In this document: positions 1-5,155 of the stretch, one piece after another
Numbering within the stretch: position 1 is the stretch's first letter
How the letters are laid out: each line of letters begins with the position of its first letter
IMG/VR virus record: IMGVR_UViG_3300030463_000022
Coordinates: 1 to 5,632 of that record
DNA length: 5,632 bases
DNA from: a virus
Direction: 5' to 3' (one strand)
Notes under the pieces: model-generated
The model's input: the letters and a program-made list of their open reading frames with translations, nothing else
Databases searched by the model: none
Told to the model about the DNA's origin: nothing
Program-made: the position numbers and the translations under genes

Positions 1-180
1 GGGCTGGACGGTGAAGGCCGATTCGGTGTCCCAGACCTTGTATTGGAAATTGAGGTCGTAAACCGGGACGATCGGCGCAATACGGCTGATGATGGAGTTC
101 TCTTCGGTGTTCCCGGAACCCGCGGAATAGGCGGTCAGGACATCGGTGAACTGGACAGCGGAGCAAAATGGAGTAGCCCT
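1..180 (-). CDS. Major capsid protein, N-terminal 60 codons; the gene continues past the left edge. Putative non-canonical AGG start at 180..178.
   Basis: The minus-strand frame with codons at 1-3, 4-6 ... 178-180 is open from an in-frame TAA (204..202) to the window edge. It reads (AGG)ATPFCSAVQFTDVLTAYSAGSGNTEENSIISRIAPIVPVYDLNFQYKVWDTESAFTVQP. Third positions are strongly C/G-biased, as in the neighbouring genes. The gene sits directly after the protease-scaffold and small head protein genes, which is where major capsid genes lie. It is missing from the ORF track because it has no ATG/GTG/TTG and runs off the edge. The family assignment is from memory of capsid N-termini, not from a search. 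Confidence 0.6.
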
Positions 181-214
181 TGTTGTTGGTCTTTCTGTTG
201 ATTAGGTTGTAATA

Positions 215-643
215 TCAGGAGGCAGCCTGGTAGGAGGGCACGAAGCCGATTTCCACCATGCCTTGCTCCCACTGGGCGTGAATGACGCGGGCATAGACGG
301 TTTCGCCGCTGGCGGCGGCCTTCCATGTCCCGTTGGCCGTGATGGTGACGGGCGTGCCGGCATTGATCGTGCCGGGCGTGTCGGAGAGAGCCGCCTTGAT
401 CAGGCCGGCATACATGCCGACGAGTGCGGCGACGCAGGTCCCCTGGTTGGGCTGCCCTTGCAGGACCACGCCGAGCAGCTGCGTCTGCGTGGGGATGGCG
501 GACAGAGGCGTACCGATAAACTCGGGAATGTCCGGGTTGGCTGTCAGCGCTACGACGGTTCCTTCCTGTCCGCACAGGTCAACACCTTCCGGGGTGTTGA
601 AATAGACGATGGCGCTTTTTTGTGTTACGTTGAGTGATGGCAT
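215..643 (-). CDS. Small head protein, DUF2190-like (putative head decoration or cement protein)
   Basis: 142-aa ORF with an ATG start at 643..641 and a TGA stop at 217..215. It is Gly/Ala/Thr/Val-rich, consistent with a beta-rich protein. It lies between the protease-scaffold and capsid genes, where DUF2190-type decoration proteins occur in many tailed phages. The overlapping ORFs (135..575 minus; 263..637 and 333..605 plus) are Arg/Pro-rich off-frame shadows. That this is a gene is likely; the function is only a guess. Confidence 0.7.
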   Translation of the reverse strand: MPSLNVTQKSAIVYFNTPEGVDLCGQEGTVVALTANPDIPEFIGTPLSAIPTQTQLLGVVLQGQPNQGTCVAALVGMYAGLIKAALSDTPGTINAGTPVTITANGTWKAAASGETVYARVIHAQWEQGMVEIGFVPSYQAAS

Positions 644-664
644 TGGTTTGTATCAGGTTGGGAG

Positions 665-1777
665 TTATCGTGCGGAGGCTACGATGTAGCCTTCCTCGGT
701 GGCTTTTTGGAACGCGTCGTATCGATTCATGCCGTCTTTCATCAGCTCGTCCACGCGATTCTGGAATCCGTCAATGGATTCCTTCTGGCGGAACGGGTTG
801 GGCGGATTCTGAGTCGTGCGGCGGTTCAGAGGCGTCCTTTTCGGCAATTCCTTTCTTTCCGTCTGCTTCTGATGCTCGGGGGGTGTCTGACGGTTGAGCG
901 CCTTGACAAAGGCATTCAGTGCGGCGGGGCTTTCCCGGAGAGAGTTTTTCAACTCTTCCCGGCGTTCTTCCGTAAATTCCTTGCGTTCTTCTTCGTCCAG
1001 TGCGTTTTCATACGTGCTGACGGCTTCGTCCACTTCGGCGTTCACGGCGTTCTTCTCTCTCTTTTCCAGATCAAGAAGTTCGTCCACGCGGCGGAGGATA
1101 TCCCTGGACATTTCGTCGGTGCCGTCGAATTCGACGTCCAACTTGTCAAGCAGGGAGTGAAGCAGGGCTCTCTGTGCCCGGTCCATTTCCTTCGCCGGGT
1201 ATTCTTCGGCGTTTTCTTTCATGGTTGTGTCTTGGTTGTTTTCCCCCTCTTCGGGGCTTTGTTTTTCGTCCCCGCCACTACTGGGGCTGGGGGAAGTCTC
1301 TCGGTTGATCAAGGGGCGCTTGCCCTTGATGCGCGGACGGTTGGTAAGAGCAAACCCGGTCAGGCGGCTGGGTGTGTAGATGCCGTCCTTAAAGGTCATG
1401 CCGTCCATATACTCGGTAGATGATTGCGTGTACTCCTTATCAATAAGCATTTGCAATCCTCGCGGAGTCCACTCGATAAATCCGTACAATTCCAGGCTGC
1501 CGGACGGATCCCGGTAGGTGTCCAGCTTTTTCAGCCAGCCGAGGGCGCGCGTGTCCCTGGTCATGTCGTGGCTCAGATGGTCGCCATCAATAAGCATGCC
1601 CGGCCCGTCAAAAGTCCGGGAGTTAAACTCGGCGACCATCCGGTTGATTTCATCTTCGCCGATGCGGAGGACAGCCTTTCCTTCCCCGTAGTCAACATCG
1701 TGGTCTCCGGACTTCTCGATATGGTACCATCCGTTCTGCGGATTGCTTAAATCATTGATTTGTTTCGTACTGATCAT
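665..1777 (-). CDS. Prohead protease fused to a scaffolding domain (Mu gpI-like, Mu-like_Pro family)
   Basis: 370-aa ORF. The ATG at 1777..1775 follows AAGGA at a spacing of about 7 nt. The N-terminal ~155 aa (GWYHIEKSG...MLIDGDHLSH...ALGWLKKL...LELYGFIEWTPRGLQMLIDKEYTQSSTEY) match the conserved pattern of Mu gpI-type proteases as I remember it. A Ser/Pro/Gly/Glu linker follows, then a highly charged, helical C-terminal half typical of scaffolding domains. Confidence 0.88.
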   Translation of the reverse strand: MISTKQINDLSNPQNGWYHIEKSGDHDVDYGEGKAVLRIGEDEINRMVAEFNSRTFDGPGMLIDGDHLSHDMTRDTRALGWLKKLDTYRDPSGSLELYGFIEWTPRGLQMLIDKEYTQSSTEYMDGMTFKDGIYTPSRLTGFALTNRPRIKGKRPLINRETSPSPSSGGDEKQSPEEGENNQDTTMKENAEEYPAKEMDRAQRALLHSLLDKLDVEFDGTDEMSRDILRRVDELLDLEKREKNAVNAEVDEAVSTYENALDEEERKEFTEERREELKNSLRESPAALNAFVKALNRQTPPEHQKQTERKELPKRTPLNRRTTQNPPNPFRQKESIDGFQNRVDELMKDGMNRYDAFQKATEEGYIVASAR

Positions 1778-3017
1778 CGTAAAATCCTTTCAGGAGAACA
1801 TTGTTGATAAGTTGCTGCAACTGCTCAAAGGCGTCGGGAGGCGCTTCTGGCCCGGCGCTATCCCTATTGGCGGCGGCGAGGGACGGATCATTCGCCCGAG
1901 TGTCTTCGACGGCCATGCCGAGCTTTTCCTCTATCTCGGTTTTTTCCAGTCGTACACCGCCATCCGCCAGCGTAGCGATTTCCTCTGCTTTTTGCAGCGG
2001 TGTCTGAACGGTGTCAAAGGTGATTTGGAGGCGGGCCAGCGGCTCGGCCTCTCCCAGTACAAGAGGACTGACACAGGCATTGAACGATTCCGCTACTTTA
2101 CTGCAGACCGCAGAGACCACCGAATTCCAGCTATCGGTGTGAGCGGAGCCGGCCAGCGTGCCCGATCCCGATTCGTTCAGGACGGTCAGAGTTCCAGCCA
2201 TTACAAAGCGCACCTGATCCTTGTCCGCCAGGTTGACGCGTGAAAGAAAATAGTTTTCGTTGATGGCGGAGGCTTTCAGGGGCTCTGCCGTACACCCCGG
2301 AGGCAGGACGACGGAGGCGCCGGACTTGAGCTCATCGCAGGCGCGTTCAAGCGCGTCCATGACGGCGGCGCTGGCATCTTTAGGAGCCGTGATGATAACG
2401 GGAGCAGACCCGTAACGATCCATATGGTTGTCCCAGGTTATTTTGGCATGGTTGCGCTCAAATGAGGCGCGGGATGCGGGGAACAAGATGGGATAGGGAT
2501 GTTCCATCACCACGAGTATTTCATCTTCCACGCTTTCCCCGGTGTCGACACCGATGTGGACCTGCGGATTAAATTGCCAGTTGTTCAATTCGCCGGGCCG
2601 TACCCAGTAACGCTGGGGGATGAATTCAAATCTCCTGCCCCACGCATCCTCCACAAATTGCAAATGGGCGTAGCCGTAAAACACGGCGGAGGCTAGTTGT
2701 CCAAATGCTGTTTGAAGCCCATTGATAGAGTTGTAAAAGTCTTCCAGGGCTGCTTTCTGCGCCTGAGCCTCCGCGCTGTCATTGGCGGCATCAATCTTCC
2801 ATCCTTGCATGGAGACACTCTCGATCATCCTTGAGTAGAGCATCCCAAGCATGCCGTCAGAATAAATGACCTCGTCCCATATGAGCATTTGGCGGGCAAA
2901 AGCGCCCCTTCTGGCTTCATTTCTGGCGTCAATGAGGGTCTGCATACCCGCCCCCTGAAGCGGGTCCCAATACTCAAACCATTGCGGGCGGCCCGGAAGC
3001 CTGCTGCGGTCCGTCAA
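1752..3017 (-). CDS. Portal protein (DUF935 / Mu gp29-like); the start codon is uncertain
   Basis: 421-aa ORF. The motif IWDEVIYSDGMLGMLYSRMIESVSMQGWKI resembles the conserved N-terminal core of DUF935 portals, and the gene lies between terL and the protease. The start in the ORF track is a TTG at 3017..3015, not an ATG. The first ATG is at 2945..2943 (Met25). The frame stays open upstream to 3200, with in-frame AGG codons at 3056..3054 and 3116..3114. The 3' end overlaps the protease start by 26 nt. Confidence 0.88.
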   Translation of the reverse strand: MTDRSRLPGRPQWFEYWDPLQGAGMQTLIDARNEARRGAFARQMLIWDEVIYSDGMLGMLYSRMIESVSMQGWKIDAANDSAEAQAQKAALEDFYNSINGLQTAFGQLASAVFYGYAHLQFVEDAWGRRFEFIPQRYWVRPGELNNWQFNPQVHIGVDTGESVEDEILVVMEHPYPILFPASRASFERNHAKITWDNHMDRYGSAPVIITAPKDASAAVMDALERACDELKSGASVVLPPGCTAEPLKASAINENYFLSRVNLADKDQVRFVMAGTLTVLNESGSGTLAGSAHTDSWNSVVSAVCSKVAESFNACVSPLVLGEAEPLARLQITFDTVQTPLQKAEEIATLADGGVRLEKTEIEEKLGMAVEDTRANDPSLAAANRDSAGPEAPPDAFEQLQQLINNVLLKGFYDDQYETNQ

Positions 3018-3139
3018 GGCTCGTCTCGCAAGGTCTGTCTCCAGCTCTTTAATCCTGGCATCCTGACGGGCGACCAGCTTGGGAGCGTTGATAATGTTTT
3101 TGACGGCGTCTAACCTGCAGCTTGGATGGAGGAAAAGAT

Positions 3140-3213
3140 TGGTTGCAGGGGGAGGAGTTAGACCTCCGACTCGGGGACAGGAACCCCGCGTGATACCGTT
3201 TCACTACCCTGCG
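3140..3213 (-). tRNA. tRNA with anticodon CCU (reads AGG) and an initiator-tRNA-like acceptor and anticodon stem
   Basis: Hand-folded cloverleaf on the minus strand: CGCAGGG TA GTGA AACGGTA TCAC G CGGGG TTCCTGT CCCCG AGTC GGAGG TCTAACT CCTCC CCCTGCA A CCA. It is 74 nt with stems of 7, 4, 5 and 5 bp. Every pair is Watson-Crick except C1 opposite A72. Conserved positions present: U8, A14, GG in the D loop, A21, U33, purine 37, G53:C61, T54, A58 and an encoded CCA. The anticodon CCT lies at 3181..3179. Deviations: the T loop is TCTAACT rather than TTCRANY, the variable loop is 4 nt, and the D loop is 7 nt. This has not been verified with tRNAscan-SE or ARAGORN. Confidence 0.75.
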
Positions 3214-3220
3214 ATTGAAT

Positions 3221-3244
3221 ACATATCTACACATAAAGATATGT
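3221..3244. repeat. 8-bp perfect inverted repeat (hairpin) between the terL stop and the tRNA
   Basis: ACATATCT (3221..3228) and AGATATGT (3237..3244) are reverse complements with an 8-nt loop. The hairpin spans the terL stop codon (3229..3227) and the candidate -10 region. Confidence 0.35.
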
Positions 3245-4606
3245 TGATATATTGTCAATCCTAATACCTGCCGATGGAACGTTTTTTTTCGCCCGTGTGA
3301 CATAATACGCTCCAAGCTGCCTTGTCAGGCCACTATTCTTCCGCGCATGCCATGCCATAACAAGAGCGTCGGCCCGGTCGGGGGAACGAACGCCGCGCTT
3401 CGCCATGTCTTCCTTGCTTTCAATGCGGACACGTCCGATTGCGTCTGTTTGGAGGCGGGGAGCGACCAGCTGCTCGATGGTGTCCTCGTCAATGTCGAGG
3501 ATGAGCTCTTTTTCTTCGATGCCGCAGGCCAATGCTCTCCATGCCTGGGCGCGGAGGTTGACAAAGGCCTGCGTATCATCGGCCGGGAAGCCGCCCCGAT
3601 AGGAGTGCACCGGGAAGCCCTCAGCGCGGAAGTCGTCAATAAGGGGGAGTCCCAGCCCGTCGCCGTCCGCGAAAATGCGGTCGGCGGGGATGCCAAGCTC
3701 GGACGCTCGTCTGCGGAACCGTCCGCGCGCTCCTACGGTGTCCGGGTCCGACCAATGGTCGGCAATGAAAAAACGGTTGCCTTGCCCGGCCGCGAAGACA
3801 TTTTCGTCGCCCCCGGCGGCGAAGTCAAAGCCGCCACAGGTCTCCCCGGTGTCGAGGAAGGGCGGCGGGTTGTTGACCAGCTCCATGAGGGCGCGCCGGG
3901 AAATGACGGACTGGCCGTCGAGATCGGTGAATTCCCCGAGGATGGCGGAACGGTAAAAGGATGATTGCTCGCCGTATTCTTTTTTAAGGCGTTCGGCCTT
4001 GCCCGGATCGTTGATCTCGATGTGAGGGCAGTCCTCGTACTTGACACGGATTTTGTAGTAGAGGGATGAATTTTTGTGAAAGCAGTCGTAGAAGGTACCG
4101 GAATCAGCCCCCGGCGACGAGGTGATGAACGCGTTGAAGAGTGTGCAGCGGGAAACCGCGGTGAAGATGGAGTCCGGGATGGTCTTGGCTTCGTCGAGGA
4201 CGTAAAAGACGGGATCCACGTCGGGCGAGATTTTCGGGTGCCATCCTTCGGCACGGCCCGCGTTGTCGGTGGAGAATCCCACAGCAAAGCCTCCTTCCGG
4301 CGTGCGGATTTCCGTTTTGTTGAATGTCCAGCCGGTGAAAAAAGGATTATCCATATAGCGGCGTAGCGCCGGGAAGAGCTGCTTTTCCACCTGCATCCAT
4401 GACGAGGATGTGACGGGGACCTGCCCCCGCGGGAAGCAGGCGAGAAAGTACAGGATAGCCGGCGCGATGCAGTTGGAGGTCTTGCCGGATCCGTTGGGAG
4501 CCACGAGGGCGACACTCTTCCCTCCCAAGGTCAGCTTGCCGAGGGACAACGCCTTGATGGCCTCCACCTGCCAGGGATAGGGCTCCAGGCGGAGGATGTG
4601 ACGCAA
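3227..4606 (-). CDS. terL: Terminase large subunit
   Basis: 459-aa ORF. Walker A is VAPNGSGKTS and Walker B-like is FYVLDEAKT. C-terminal nuclease-domain acidic motifs are GFDFAAGGDE, FADGDGLG and SPDRADALVMAW. The start in the ORF track is a TTG at 4606..4604. An in-frame AGG lies at 4633..4631, nine codons upstream of that TTG and three codons after the terS stop. The last ~35 codons (3227..3330) are AT-rich and probably a non-conserved tail. Confidence 0.9.
   Translation of the reverse strand: MRHILRLEPYPWQVEAIKALSLGKLTLGGKSVALVAPNGSGKTSNCIAPAILYFLACFPRGQVPVTSSSWMQVEKQLFPALRRYMDNPFFTGWTFNKTEIRTPEGGFAVGFSTDNAGRAEGWHPKISPDVDPVFYVLDEAKTIPDSIFTAVSRCTLFNAFITSSPGADSGTFYDCFHKNSSLYYKIRVKYEDCPHIEINDPGKAERLKKEYGEQSSFYRSAILGEFTDLDGQSVISRRALMELVNNPPPFLDTGETCGGFDFAAGGDENVFAAGQGNRFFIADHWSDPDTVGARGRFRRRASELGIPADRIFADGDGLGLPLIDDFRAEGFPVHSYRGGFPADDTQAFVNLRAQAWRALACGIEEKELILDIDEDTIEQLVAPRLQTDAIGRVRIESKEDMAKRGVRSPDRADALVMAWHARKNSGLTRQLGAYYVTRAKKNVPSAGIRIDNISTYLYV
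3230..3258 (-). promoter_or_regulatory. Candidate sigma70-type promoter just upstream of the tRNA
   Basis: The minus strand reads TTGACA (3258..3253), then a 17-nt spacer, then TATGTG (3235..3230). The -35 is a perfect consensus and the -10 is weak. The predicted transcription start is about 10 nt before tRNA position 1 (3213). The element lies inside the AT-rich 3' tail of terL. Confidence 0.25.
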
Positions 4607-4639
4607 GAAGAAGCTGACAGGGATGCGTGTCCTGATTGG

Positions 4640-5155
4640 TTAAGGATGGAGTTTGCCGACGATGGTTTCCAGCGCGGTTTTCTCGTCTTCTTGGAGCTGG
4701 GCGAGCTGCTCAGGGTCCAGGGTTATTTTGCGTTCAAGCGGCGCGCCGGGAACGCCGGCAACATCCTGCCGGACGCGTTCCCCAAATCTCTCCGGGGCGA
4801 AACGGCCAGCGACTTTCAGGCGCGTTTCAATGGCGAGCTTCTTCGCCGCGACAGAAGCCGATCCGCATTCCGGGTCGAGGGCAACTCTCGCCGCATCATC
4901 CGCCAGGGCCTGGCAATCATCGAGCATGGATTCCGACTGAGCTTCCCGCGCGCGTTGAATGAGTTTGGAAAACTCCGGCTTGGTTTCCCGCCAATTCCAA
5001 ACAGTCCAGACTTCCGGCATGTGAGCAGCGGAGCAAATGGATTTCATCGTTTCCCCTGCGGCCAGTCTTGAGACTATCTCTTGAGCTAATTCGTCAGTAT
5101 ATAGACTTGGGCGCCCAGGAGGGCGCTTTATTGTTGATGTGGACTTCTTTTTCCT
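4640..5155 (-). CDS. terS: Terminase small subunit (HTH type), extended 36 codons upstream of the track ORF to a putative AGG start
   Basis: The track ORF 4640..5047 begins MKSICSAAHMPEVWTVWNWRETKPEFSKLIQRAREAQSESMLDDCQALADD. That matches only the second half of the conserved N-terminal domain of this terS family. The same frame is open upstream to a TAA at 5164..5162 and reads (AGG)KKKSTSTIKRPPGRPSLYTDELAQEIVSRLAAGET. This is the expected GRPxxYT..LA.EI..RLA.GE helix-turn-helix start of the family. There is no ATG/GTG/TTG in those 38 codons. Candidate starts are AGG at 5155..5153 or ATA at 5131..5129. The stop is TAA at 4642..4640. Confidence 0.8.
   Translation of the reverse strand, partial: RKKKSTSTIKRPPGRPSLYTDELAQEIVSRLAAGETMKSICSAAHMPEVWTVWNWRETKPEFSKLIQRAREAQSESMLDDCQALADDAARVALDPECGSASVAAKKLAIETRLKVAGRFAPERFGERVRQDVAGVPGAPLERKITLDPEQLAQLQEDEKTALETIVGKLHP

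Noticed and set aside
135-637. Track ORFs 135..575 (minus), 263..637 (plus) and 333..605 (plus), which overlap the DUF2190-like gene
   Set aside because: Their translations are Arg/Pro/Gly-rich and low-complexity, as expected for off-frame or antisense reading of GC-rich coding DNA. The frame at 215..643 has a clean ATG, fits the gene order, and looks like a protein.
707-2243. Plus-strand ORFs 707..1423, 894..1160, 1424..1750, 1743..2243 and 1801..2007
   Set aside because: They are antisense shadows of the protease-scaffold and portal genes, which have recognisable family motifs. The shadow ORFs have no motifs and show repetitive Ser/Arg/Phe/Leu composition.
3201-3206. Stop-codon reassignment (alternative genetic code) as the explanation for genes lacking starts
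   Set aside because: Every recognisable gene ends at a sensible length on TAA, TGA or TAG. Reading through the upstream stops does not reach an ATG with meaningful sequence. Upstream of the portal gene there are tandem TAG TGA stops, and they lie inside the tRNA. The problem concerns starts, not stops.
3282-3289. T8 run as a terminator
   Set aside because: No GC-rich stem precedes it on either strand. It lies within the terL tail reading frame, where it encodes Lys-Lys on the minus strand.
3049-3315. 88-aa minus-strand ORF spanning the terL tail, the tRNA and the region upstream of the portal gene
   Set aside because: It is very basic and low-complexity. It runs straight through the tRNA cloverleaf and overlaps the terL tail in another frame. 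Nothing supports it as a gene.
3325-4515. ORFs inside terL: 3733..4515 (minus, 260 aa), 3325..3696 (minus), 3347..3964, 3405..3602, 3675..3956 and 4076..4366 (plus)
   Set aside because: These are alternative frames of a gene with clear Walker A/B and nuclease motifs. Their translations are Ser/Pro/Arg/Thr-rich with no recognisable domains.
4598-5071. Plus-strand ORFs 4598..5071, 4636..4962 and 4653..4940
   Set aside because: They are antisense to terS, which has strong family-level sequence features.
5111-5136. GC hairpin GCGCCC-AGGA-GGGCGC followed by TTTATTGTT on the plus strand, which looks like an intrinsic terminator
   Set aside because: No plus-strand gene lies upstream for it to terminate. 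It sits inside the conserved KRPPGRP-coding part of terS, where the palindrome follows from the codons CGC CCT CCT GGG CGC. On the minus strand no U-tract follows it. A role in modulating terS initiation cannot be excluded.
4631-5155. The AGG triplets as parts of Shine-Dalgarno AGGA boxes rather than start codons
   Set aside because: This is only partly rejected. The terS and terL triplets do read AGGA. However, no usable in-frame start follows at SD spacing for terS, where the next in-frame codons are AAA AAG AAG TCC ACA. The same holds for the capsid gene, where the ATT/TTG 7-13 nt downstream are out of frame. For terL, an ATC 6 nt downstream would be the only candidate. It is kept as the main alternative explanation in the findings.
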